Assembly: GCA_965277715.1 (NCBI GenBank)
Contig: OZ255836.1
Coordinates: 2,848,001-2,912,000, forward strand
From: Gammaproteobacteria bacterium
GTDB taxonomy: Bacteria > Pseudomonadota > Gammaproteobacteria > JBCCGL01
Direction of reading: 5' to 3'
Length of the DNA stretch: 64,000 bases
Shown here: piece after piece, positions 1 to 9,203 of the stretch
Layout: every line of letters begins with the position of its first letter
Position numbering within the stretch: the stretch's first letter is position 1
Notes under the pieces: model-generated
The model's input: the letters and a program-made list of their open reading frames with translations, nothing else
What the model was told of the DNA's origin: nothing
Databases searched by the model: none
Program-made: the position numbers and the translations under genes

Positions 1-2898
1 GATTTCTACACCGAAAATCTCTACAGCGAACTGGGTTTTCTTCACAGTGTGCGTGGCAGTCGTCTCCGGGCAGAAACCGGTGATCTCAGCCAATTAGCCC
101 CGTTAATTCTGGCCGCGACAGACCTGGCTGAAAGCTACGAAACCCGTGCGCACACCTTGCGGCGCATTGGGCAGCGGTATCGCGCCAAACTCGACGACTA
201 CCGCGCATTACTTGCCATACAAACCCGTGCAGAGGCGAAATATCAGGCTGACCTTAAAGAAGCTGAGAAAGAAGCTGCCAGTCAACCCTTGGTGAGCGTA
301 CAGGTACCGATTAGTGTTGGAGATATCACCATTTTCGTACCTGGCTGGCGCAGTCAATTGGTTCTGCCAACCAGAGACCCTGTGCCTGTACCGCATTTAA
401 GCGATGACTTGCAAGCCGATCTGAATAGCCAGAAAAGTTTGCTAACAGAAAGTATAAATAATGCCAAGATAGAAAAACCCCATGTAATTACCCTGGCACC
501 AGTTAATGTCAATGGTATAAGTATTTTCATACCGGTCGAGAATGGCCAAGGAGTAACACCTACCCAGAACCTTAGTTCTGACGAACAAACAAAGCTAACG
601 GCGAGTATTGGGCAAAACCAAACCCTCTCACCGGCATTTTTAGGCCACCTCAACAATACCGTTATTGAGCTTGAGAATGTCATTGCGTTACTCGATCAGC
701 ATATCGGCAGTTACACCCAATTGATCGAACAAATCACCGTATTAGCCGAGCAAACGCTGGCAGCGGCAGATCAAAGCTTCCATTACACACGCAGCCTTGA
801 AAACGGTGCTGAAAGCTATCAAGCACAAACGGCTGATACCCAACATATCACCTACTGGCAGGCGCTTGATGCCGATGCGTCCGGGCGCATTACTGCAGAA
901 TCGTATGGTAACGGTATCGTTAACGACTACAGCTACAATACCGCCACTGGTCAGTTGCAAGTTATCCATAGCGGCCTGCTTGCCAGCACCGCGATACGGC
1001 ATATCGAATACCAATACGACGCCTACAATAATGTCACATTGCGCGATGATCTGGTTAACGACATCCGCGAAACCTTCGAGTACGACCGCTTAGACCGGCT
1101 GACCGCCACGCACTTGGTCAGTGAGCGCTTTATCGGTGGTGGTCTCGATATTGCGCAAACCCAGAATTATGACGTTTACGGCAATATCACCTACAAATCT
1201 GACGTGGGTCACTACCAATACACCAGTGGTCGGCCACATGCTGTTAGCAGCGCGGGTAATCATCAATACCACTACGACGCCAACGGCAATATGCTCGAAG
1301 GCGATGGGCGCCGTTTCACCTGGAACAGTTTTAACAAACCGATCCATATCAGTAAAAACGGCAAATCGGCCCGTTTTAGTTATGGCCTTGACCGGGCGCG
1401 CTATAAAAAGATCAATCACACAGGTGATACCACCTGGTACGTAGGGGGATTGTACGAGAAACAGGTCACTGACAACGGTCAACACACCCGGCATCAACAC
1501 TACATCTATGCTGCAGGCAATCGGGTCGCCAGCCACAGTGTTTCCAGCAAGGAGGGTGTTAAAACCCACTATCTGCACAAAGACGCGCTCGGCAGTATCG
1601 ACACGATGACGGATGCTGACGGTCAAGTGGTTGATCGGCGCAGTTACGATGCCTGGGGCAAACAACGCCATTTTGACTGGCAAGGTGCGGGGTCGCTGTA
1701 CAGCATGCGTTTACTGTTTACCACCCGGGCTTATACCGACCACGAATCGATTGAAGAAGTGGGCCTGATTCATATGAATGGGCGGATTTATGATGCAAGC
1801 CTGGCGCGGTTTGTTAGCGCTGATCCGCATATACAGGCGGCGGGCATGAGCCAAAGCTATAACCGCTATAGCTATGTGCAGAATAACCCCATGAAGTATA
1901 CGGACCCTAGCGGGTACTTTTTTAAGAAGCTTTTTAAGTCGATTAAAAAAGCGGTTAAAAAAGTGGTAAAAGCTATTAAACCATTTATAGGGGTGATCAT
2001 TGCGGCTGTGGTGACTTTTTATTGTCCACCCTGCTTAGCGTTAGTGGGGGGAAACGCAGTTGCACTGGGCGCACTGGCCGGGGCAGCAGCAGGGGCAGCC
2101 AGTGCGGCTGTTAATGGTGGTAATATACTTAAAGGTGCCATTACTGGCGGTATATCGGGTGCTATATTTGCGGGAATAGGTGTGTCAGGTTGGGGAGATA
2201 CAGCGAAGGTATTGGCTCATGGTGTAGCGGGAGGATTTATGTCTGTGGTGCAAGGAGGGAAGTTTGGGCAGGGATTTTTGAGTGCTGGGTTTGCTAAATT
2301 TGCAACGACCAACCTGACTAATGGCGGTGTTTTTAATATGGCTGATCGAAGTGCTGAGAGTATTGTGGGCAGAACGGTGGTTGCGGCAGTGGTGGGGGGT
2401 ACGGCATCTAAGCTTGGTGGGGGTAAGTTTGCAAACGGGGCGAGGACGGCGGCTTTTGCGCATTTACTTAATGCTGAGGGGACGAATCCACATAGGAAAA
2501 ATGGAACAGGCCCGGGGGGCATTGGATCAAATGGACCTAAGAATTTTCACTATGAAGGACGCGACGCATTAAATGTCGGTTTGCCAGAAAATTTAAGTGA
2601 TGCAAGGCACTTTCGAACTGGTACTGAACTACCTTCAAGTCAGGCAATATTTCATGATAATGGAGATTCGTATCCTGAACATAAATTCATTTTTAACGAC
2701 GGAAGGGAAGCTGTTTATGACGGTTTAAGTCAAGATTTGATTACTAACCCAGAATATGCGGGTACTTATAACTATGTGAATCCCAAACCAGGTGCTCCTT
2801 GGTACCATCCTAAGAATATTTTACATGGGATTGTGGATGTTGTTCCTTACTGTATAGGTGGAAATAATCGAGCGGGAGCTGGGCCATCATGTTTTTAA
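1..2898 (+). CDS. Rhs/YD-repeat polymorphic toxin, C-terminal part (5' end lies outside the window)
   Basis: Frame is open from base 1. YD repeats (YDAYNN, YDRLDRL, YDANGN), Rhs core HMNGRIYD...YSYVQNNPMKYTDPSG, then a Gly/Ala-rich hydrophobic region and a variable C-terminal tip. Confidence 0.95.
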   Translation, partial: DFYTENLYSELGFLHSVRGSRLRAETGDLSQLAPLILAATDLAESYETRAHTLRRIGQRYRAKLDDYRALLAIQTRAEAKYQADLKEAEKEAASQPLVSVQVPISVGDITIFVPGWRSQLVLPTRDPVPVPHLSDDLQADLNSQKSLLTESINNAKIEKPHVITLAPVNVNGISIFIPVENGQGVTPTQNLSSDEQTKLTASIGQNQTLSPAFLGHLNNTVIELENVIALLDQHIGSYTQLIEQITVLAEQTLAAADQSFHYTRSLENGAESYQAQTADTQHITYWQALDADASGRITAESYGNGIVNDYSYNTATGQLQVIHSGLLASTAIRHIEYQYDAYNNVTLRDDLVNDIRETFEYDRLDRLTATHLVSERFIGGGLDIAQTQNYDVYGNITYKSDVGHYQYTSGRPHAVSSAGNHQYHYDANGNMLEGDGRRFTWNSFNKPIHISKNGKSARFSYGLDRARYKKINHTGDTTWYVGGLYEKQVTDNGQHTRHQHYIYAAGNRVASHSVSSKEGVKTHYLHKDALGSIDTMTDADGQVVDRRSYDAWGKQRHFDWQGAGSLYSMRLLFTTRAYTDHESIEEVGLIHMNGRIYDASLARFVSADPHIQAAGMSQSYNRYSYVQNNPMKYTDPSGYFFKKLFKSIKKAVKKVVKAIKPFIGVIIAAVVTFYCPPCLALVGGNAVALGALAGAAAGAASAAVNGGNILKGAITGGISGAIFAGIGVSGWGDTAKVLAHGVAGGFMSVVQGGKFGQGFLSAGFAKFATTNLTNGGVFNMADRSAESIVGRTVVAAVVGGTASKLGGGKFANGARTAAFAHLLNAEGTNPHRKNGTGPGGIGSNGPKNFHYEGRDALNVGLPENLSDARHFRTGTELPSSQAIFHDNGDSYPEHKFIFNDGREAVYDGLSQDLITNPEYAGTYNYVNPKPGAPWYHPKNILHGIVDVVPYCIGGNNRAGAGPSCF

Positions 2899-3410
2899 AA
2901 AAAATATTATTTTTTTTATTTTTAGGTTTGTTAGTTGGATGCAAACAGGTCGTTTTTATAGAAAACAAAATATCCAATGACTATTTGGGCGGTAATCTAA
3001 ATTATTCTGACAATATCATATTAAATGCTAATAAATTAGATGGATTGCTGTTTCTAGTAGACACTGCTTCGTATATTCGCAGCCAAAACTCGACATATGA
3101 TGTTGTGATTTTTTTGATTCTGGATTCAGATTCTGATCGAGAAATCATGCTTGAGAAGATAGTGTTAGTCGGTGATCAAGAAATTAGCCTAATCGGCACT
3201 ATAATTGAGAAAGATCTAAAATTTAAAAATTTGAATTCTAGTAGCAAAATACTCCGATCTAGGTCGAGAGTAGAGTTTAATATTCATAGCCCCAATGACA
3301 TATTGACAAGCGAAAACTTACATCTATATATTCAATATATTGAAAACGGAGTTCGTAAATCTATAGACCTTGACTTATTTGCAAGAAAAGAACGGGTTTC
3401 TATTACGTAG
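2889..3410 (+). CDS. Putative immunity lipoprotein for the Rhs toxin
   Basis: Overlaps the toxin stop codon, AT-rich, signal peptide with lipobox LVGC. Confidence 0.75.
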   Translation: MFLKKILFFLFLGLLVGCKQVVFIENKISNDYLGGNLNYSDNIILNANKLDGLLFLVDTASYIRSQNSTYDVVIFLILDSDSDREIMLEKIVLVGDQEISLIGTIIEKDLKFKNLNSSSKILRSRSRVEFNIHSPNDILTSENLHLYIQYIENGVRKSIDLDLFARKERVSIT

Positions 3411-3414
3411 TATA

Positions 3415-3441
3415 ATCGCGATAGGAATGCCGGTCACCCGG
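3415..3441 (-). mobile_element. Probable remnant of a group II intron 3' end (domain VI)
   Basis: Minus strand reads CCGGGTGACCGGCATTCCTATCGCGAT, resembling a bacterial group II intron DVI hairpin and terminal AT. Only 27 nt, cut at the GGGGTCA motif. Confidence 0.4.
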
Positions 3442-3461
3442 GAACAAAAGGGGTCAAGGCA

Positions 3462-3661
3462 GAATGGCACTTCCTTAAGCTCTAAGTACATGAAAAATAT
3501 GGAAGTACTTTCATTGTAAATGATCTATTTCTGTTTTTTGGGATGGCCATATTTTTTAACAACACTTCTGGCCACGTCCCTTGGCTGCATCAATAAAGGA
3601 TACGGTTTGGGTCTTCGTTTAACCACTCTTGGTTCAATACGCCCTGGTCGATTACCCACAC
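3462..3661 (-). mobile_element. IS4-family right-end fragment (inverted copy of the end of the 6667-8231 element)
   Basis: Near-identical reverse complement of ~8032-8231, starting with the TIR GAATGGCACTTCCTTAAGCT. Confidence 0.9.
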
Positions 3662-3681
3662 TAGAAAAAGGGGTCAGGCTA

Positions 3682-3921
3682 GAATGGCACTTCCTTAAGC
3701 TGTAAGTATTTGAAGTAATTACAAAAAAAGCTGGTTCTATGGTAGGTTATTTGTTGCCAACACAAATACCCTTTATCCCACAGGAACCAGCCATCATGCA
3801 GAGTAATGTAAAAGTCAACATTCTTCAACGTCGCATCAAAAGCCGAGCTCAATCCTCGGATGCATTGAGTTTTTATCACTTGCTGACATCCTCTCAGTTA
3901 CTTACGAAACTGGAAGAATTA
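3682..3921 (+). mobile_element. IS4-family left-end fragment
   Basis: Near-identical to 6667-6906, truncated at the next motif copy. Confidence 0.9.
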
Positions 3922-4046
3922 AAGTAAAAGGGGTCAGGCTAGTTATTTACTAAAGTAAAAGGGGTCAGTAAAAGGGGTCCAGTAAAAGGGGTCAGGCTAG
4001 TTATTTACTATTTAAAAGATGAAAGTAGAAATAGGACAGGCACTAT

Positions 4047-5539
4047 AGGTCACTGACAACGGTCAACACACCCGGCATCAACACTACATCTACGCTGCAG
4101 GCAATCGGGTCGCCAGCCACAGTGTTTCCAGCAAGGAGGGTGTTAAAACCCACTATCTGCACAAAGACGCGCTTGGCAGTATCGACACGATGACGGATGC
4201 TGACGGTCAAGTGGTTGATCGGCGCAGTTACGATGCCTGGGGCAAACAACGCCATTTTGACTGGCAAGGTGCGGGGTCGCTGTACAGCATGCGTTTACTG
4301 TTTACCACCCGGGCTTATACCGACCACGAATCGATTGAAGAAGTCGGCCTGATTCATATGAATGGGCGGGTATACGATGCAAGCCTGGCGCGGTTTATCA
4401 GCGCCGATCCATATATACAGGCGGCGGGCATGAGCCAAAGCTATAGTCGCTATAGCTATGTGCAGAATAATCCGATGAAGTATACGGATCCTAGTGGGTA
4501 TATTTTAAAGGGATTGCTTAAAAAAGCATTCGGGGGACTTGCGGGTCTTGTATTAGGGCCGTCGGTGGCTTTTCATCATCAACTTGTGAAGAAAGCTACA
4601 AGAGCCGTTATTCGGGCTGTAGGTCCAAAAATTGCCAATCTCGCGGCGACCATTGGTTCAGCATTTTGTGGCCCTTTTGCGGCGCTGTGTTATGCGCACG
4701 CGCAATACGATATAGCCAGAGCGTATGGGGCTTCGCCCTCGGAAGCCGCTAGAGGTGCCGCTGTAGCGGGGATAACGTATTATCTTGGCCAACAAGCCAG
4801 TAGCTGGGTTGGTTCAACCTTTGACATTAATGCTGGTGCAGGTCAGTATGCCTTGAATGTAGCTGCTAATGGTGTGGTTGGTGGTACTTTGGCGGTTGCG
4901 CAAGGCGGAAAGTTTGGTTATGGGTTTGTTTCGTCGGCCTTTGCTGCAGGGGCAAAGTCGTTGAACTTTGATATTTGGGGGAAGTCCGCTAATTATAAAA
5001 TTCATCGGACGGTTACTGCTGCGGTGATTGGGGGGACGGCATCTAAGCTTGGTGGGGGGAAGTTTGCAAATGGGGCGGCTAGTGCGGCGTTTACTCATTG
5101 GCATAATACAGAGAATACTCTTGCTGCACAGAAAGCGAAGGTTGTTAGTGTTACCGATAAAAAAGGTAATACTGTTTACACGCTTGGAAAAGGTACTGTT
5201 ATTGTGAATAAAGGTGTTACAGTCAAAAACACAACGGATGGTGATACTATTGTTGATGTTTTGACTGTTAGTGAAAAAATAGAAAAAACTATCTATGTAA
5301 TAAGTGGCCACCGAACAAAAAGCACTGCCAGTGAACATTATCGAGTAGCTGTTGATTTATATGTTCCTGGACAGACAAAGACTACAACGCCAGCATTGCG
5401 AGATACAATTCATGATATGAATATTTTTAATAGGGTAGCTTCGTACCACGATAAAAATACTGTGCATGTAGATTATAAATCCACTGGTAACCAAGGGCGG
5501 TTTCACGACAGTGGAGATGGTTGGGTGCATATTCCATGA
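4047..5539 (+). CDS. Orphan Rhs core plus C-terminal toxin with a peptidase M15 (LAS Zn-metallopeptidase)-like tip
   Basis: 4047-~4500 nearly duplicates 1463-~1917 up to DPSGY (longest ORF 4190-5539). Tip has SGHR...SEH...AVD...HVD, the M15 motif set. Confidence 0.85.
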
Positions 5540-6069
5540 AAAAGCTTTTTTATTTTTTTATTTTAATTTATACATCTAGCTGTGGAAGCATAGAAGTTGC
5601 TTCTTTGGGTGATTATATTGATGATTATCACAAATTAATTGGTTTTGAAATAGCTGAATTGAAAGAGATTTTTAGTGATTCAAGTGTGGAATTTTCCCCT
5701 ATTTCAACTCACGAACCAGAAGAGTCAATGCCTGCTTTTTTAGTTTCTTTTAAGGATAAGAGTTTTTTTTCTATAGGCGGTGATAAAATCGATGCTTTGT
5801 TGTTTAGAGAGAAAAATTTTAAATTTCGCAAAGGTGCCAAAATCGGCCAAGGTTTTTGCGAAATTATAAAGTTATATTCAGAAGCGAGGTTTTATTTTGA
5901 TTTTTCTGAGGGAACGTTATTGCAATTGCATATTGAAAATGGAAGAGTTATTTTAAATTTTGATACATCAAACTTACCTCTTGGACAATACATATCACAG
6001 GGCTACCCAAGTAAAGATGATTCTACTCTTTGTTCTTCACACCTTATCTATATAAAGCTTTCCAATTAA
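5536..6069 (+). CDS. Putative immunity lipoprotein for the orphan toxin
   Basis: ATGA overlap with the toxin stop; MKKLFYFFILIYTSSC lipoprotein-type signal. Confidence 0.7.
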   Translation: MKKLFYFFILIYTSSCGSIEVASLGDYIDDYHKLIGFEIAELKEIFSDSSVEFSPISTHEPEESMPAFLVSFKDKSFFSIGGDKIDALLFREKNFKFRKGAKIGQGFCEIIKLYSEARFYFDFSEGTLLQLHIENGRVILNFDTSNLPLGQYISQGYPSKDDSTLCSSHLIYIKLSN

Positions 6070-6414
6070 ACTATAAGAAAAAATAGGACAGATACCGTAT
6101 TAAGAAGCAAGTAATTTTTGATCATCGAAAAATAGGATGTATAGGGGGCAAGTATCATATTGAACACTATAAATTGAATCACGTAATACTAGAAATATGT
6201 GTAGCGTGCCACTTTCTGATCGTATAAATCCCCCAAATTATCTATCATAGTATTTTTCAGTTTTTCGGCGTTTTTGCCACATTCCGATCATAATAAAAAA
6301 TACTTTTACCGCATTAAAATCTGACGTTTTACCCATCCATATTATACCCGTACGATAACCTTGGCTGACCACGATACTCTCGTAGGTTGCCCTTTATGAT
6401 GTCATGGGTTAACT

Positions 6415-6649
6415 TGTAACAGGGAGCACATAGCCCCCTGTTACGATAGATGTCGCAAACAACGTTTCTCTAAGAGTTGATGCTATTTTCACTGTCCGAA
6501 AAGGATAAGGTGGGTATCCTGGTTCTCTCCCTTACGCCACTTGCTGTTTGATTAATTCTTCATGAGAGCGCCAATGGGGTTGTACCAACACATTGTTGAC
6601 ATAACTGATTGTCACGATTTTTTTGGTTTCTCTACAAGCTTCGATAAAC
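6415..6649 (-). mobile_element. Right-end remnant of an IS21/Mu-like element with the C-terminus of an ExeA-like AAA ATPase
   Basis: Minus-strand frame FIEACRETKKIVTISYVNNVLVQPHWRSHEELIKQQVA* (6532-6648) resembles transposon helper ATPase C-termini; TGT end near 6415; truncated at the 6651 motif. Confidence 0.4.
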
Positions 6650-6666
6650 AAAAAGGGGTCAGGCTA

Positions 6667-8231
6667 GAATGGCACTTCCTTAAGCTGTAAGTATTTGAAG
6701 TAATTACAAAAAAAGCTGGTTCTATGGTAGGTTATTTGTTGCCAACACAAATACCCTTTATCCCACAGGAACCAGCCATCATGCAGAGTAATGTAAAAGT
6801 CAACATTCTTCAACGTCGCATCAAAAGCCGAGCTCAATCCTCGGATGCATTGAGTTTTTATCACTTGCTGACATCCTCTCAGTTACTTGCGAAACTGGAA
6901 GAATTACAACCGGATTTTCGAGCGCGTCGCTATCCTCCTCTAGACACCTTATCGCTGTTTTTATACCAAACAATGAGTGCAGATCAGTCCTGCCAACAAG
7001 CTGTCAACACACTCGCTGTACAGCGATTAAGTGAAGGTTTATCAGTGAGTAATACGTATACAGGGAGTTATTGTAAAGCGCGACAAAGGCTGCCAACCCC
7101 CCTCGTCTCAGGGCTTGCCCGTTGTACAGGCGAGTGTGTGGCGAATGAAGCGGCCAGTCACTGGCACTGGCAAGGGCGTTCAGTTAAATTGGTTGACGGC
7201 ACCACTGTGACAATGCCCGATACGCCTGAAAATCAGGTAGTTTATCCGCAATAGTCAGGCCAGCAAGTGGGGATCGGTTTTCCTCTTTGTCGCTGGGTAG
7301 GAATTATTTGTTTAGCCAGTGGTGGTGTTCTCGATGCGGCAATGGGTCCTTTTAAAGGTAAGGGAGCGGATGAGCAAACGTTATTGAGAAAAATACAAAA
7401 TGCGCTTAAACCGGGTGATATTGTGGTGGGTGATGCCTATTTTGCGGGTTATTTTTTTCTAGCAAACCTTATAGAGCAAGGAGTAGACGGTGTATTTGAG
7501 CAGCATGGTGCGCGGCGTAAATCCACAGATTTTCGAAAAGGCAAAAGGCTTGGATCGAAGGATCATCTGATTTGTTATACAAAGCCCAAGAAAAGACCAG
7601 AGTGGATGAGCGAAGAAGCCTATGAAGCGGCGGCTGATGAAGTGGTTATACGTGAACTGAAAGTGGGTAAAAAACTGTTGGTGACAACGTTGTTATCAGT
7701 TAAATCGGCGTCTAAAGAGGCTCTTAAACAGCTCTACAAAGAACGCTGGCATGTCGAACTTGATTTACGCCATATAAAAACGACAATGAAGATGCACACC
7801 TTCCGTTGTAAGACGCCAGAAATGGTTGAGAAGGAAATGTGGGTACACATATTAGCTTACAACCTTATTCGCTTATTAATGGCGCAATCTGCCTTACTAG
7901 TGGACATACTGCCTCGACAGATAAGTTTTAAGCATACGTTACAAATTTGGGTAGCGTATCGTTATCAGAAAGGCGGTAGCTCTCTGGGTAGTGATAAGGT
8001 GTTGGCGCTATGTGCGTTGATTGCAGAAAACTGTGTGGGTAATCGACCGGGGCGTATTGAACCAAGAGTGGTTAAACGAAGACCCAAACCATATCGTTTA
8101 TTGATGCAGCCAAGGGACGTGGCCAGAAGTGTTGTTAAAAAATATGGCCATCCCAAAAAACAGAAATAGGTCATTTACAATGAAAGTACTTCCATATTTT
8201 TCATGTACTTAGAGCTAAGGAAGTGCCATTC
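6667..8231 (+). mobile_element. IS4-family insertion sequence, full length
   Basis: TIRs GAATGGCACTTCCTTA at both ends; flanks gggtcaggcta / gggtcaagaca (imperfect 11-bp duplication). Confidence 0.92.
6781..8169 (+). pseudogene. IS4 transposase with an in-frame nonsense codon
   Basis: DDE motifs (LVDGTT, VGDAYF, YKERWHVELDLR); TAG at 7252-7254 splits one continuous frame. Confidence 0.9.
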
Positions 8232-8329
8232 GGGTCAAGACAGTTATTTCCTATATTTCTTGCTGGAAACCACTGTTTTTATCTGTATTAGTCGTTGTAT
8301 GGTGAATAATAAGCCTGACCCCCTTGCTT

Positions 8330-8528
8330 TGGGCTCGCCAACTATAAAGCGTACCTTGTGCAATGCCTTCTTCTTTGGCTAACCGGGAAATTGTCTGATT
8401 GTTCGGCGGCAGCATCTTCTTTAAAACAGCGGCCTTTCTTTCTATTGGATAACGCATACCACTCTCTCTTTGCCTCCTGTAATAACTTATTGAATCCCAA
8501 TTTAGGGAGGGGGACAACTACCCTGACA
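8330..8528 (-). mobile_element. IS3-family left end with truncated OrfA
   Basis: TG-starting end; MRYPIERKAAVLKKMLPPNN...EEGIAQGTLYSWR HTH (ATG 8457), cut at the inverted motif. Confidence 0.8.
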
Positions 8529-8535
8529 CAGGGAG

Positions 8536-8886
8536 CTCTGTCATAGCAGACCAATAGCGAAAATATTCGCCCCGAATTGGCGAGATATAAGCGAGGGTTT
8601 TTATAACGAATTTCACGGAATGGCGAAGCAGGCAATAACGGCGAAAGAATTGGCTGACGTACCCTTCCAGATGCTCAAGTCGTTGAAGACAAATTTCACC
8701 CCAAGGGATCACCACTTTATAATGTCGTTCAAAAATGGAAAAACCGACTGGGCGTATGCGCCGAATGAGCGTATCCAAGATTTACCTGCTATAAAGTGGA
8801 AACTAATGAATATTCAAAAAATGCCTGCCAATAAGCATCAAAAAGCTGTGGAAAAACTGAAAATGGTATTGGATGCATGGCTGTGA
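8536..8886 (+). pseudogene. C-terminal fragment of an AbiEii-family nucleotidyltransferase toxin
   Basis: HSRPIAKIFAPNWRDI...SFKNGKTDW...LPAIKWKLMNIQKM matches my recollection of AbiEii C-termini; 5' part is missing next to the IS3 end. Confidence 0.65.
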
Positions 8887-9016
8887 ATCACCAACCATAG
8901 TAAAATCTACAGGCAGCGCCTGATAGTTTCGTACCAGATTACAGAGAATAAACTGTCAAGATATATGTTAATACATTCCTATGCCTCCTTTTTTTCAATT
9001 TAAGCAGGTTGCGCCC

Positions 9017-9203
9017 CAGGGCAATTGCACTACAACACCCTGTATGAAAGCACTACAGATATAGGGTTTTCGGGGTTCAGCCAAATTGGGGGAATGTAAA
9101 ATAACTCAACATATAGCGCTTTACAAAATCATAAAACCCTGAAAATGCTTAAACGTGGTGTTATCAGGAGCGAAATCATAAGGATTGTAGTGCAATTGCC
9201 CTG
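9017..9203. mobile_element. 187-bp MITE
   Basis: Perfect 19-bp TIR CAGGGCAATTGCACTACAA; 10-bp target duplication GGTTGCGCCC (9007-9016, 9204-9213). Confidence 0.9.

Larger units (their letters stand above)
3446..4008 (+). repeat. Cluster of six AAAAGGGGTCA(GGCTAGTTATTT) junction motifs, including a stuttered run at 3926-4008
   Basis: Copies at ~3446, 3666, 3926, 3957, 3970, 3984. Further copies at 6651, 8232 (half) and 8301-8325 (inverted). Confidence 0.9.

Noticed and set aside
3446-4008. Motif cluster as a CRISPR array
   Set aside because: Spacing is irregular (from ~13 to ~260 bp), the intervening pieces are IS ends, and no cas genes are present.
6100-6414. Possible additional IS end or gene fragment
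   Set aside because: Could not assign a family from sequence alone.
7252-7254. In-frame TAG in the IS4 transposase as programmed readthrough
   Set aside because: No recoding signal is visible; a simple CAG-to-TAG nonsense change is more parsimonious.
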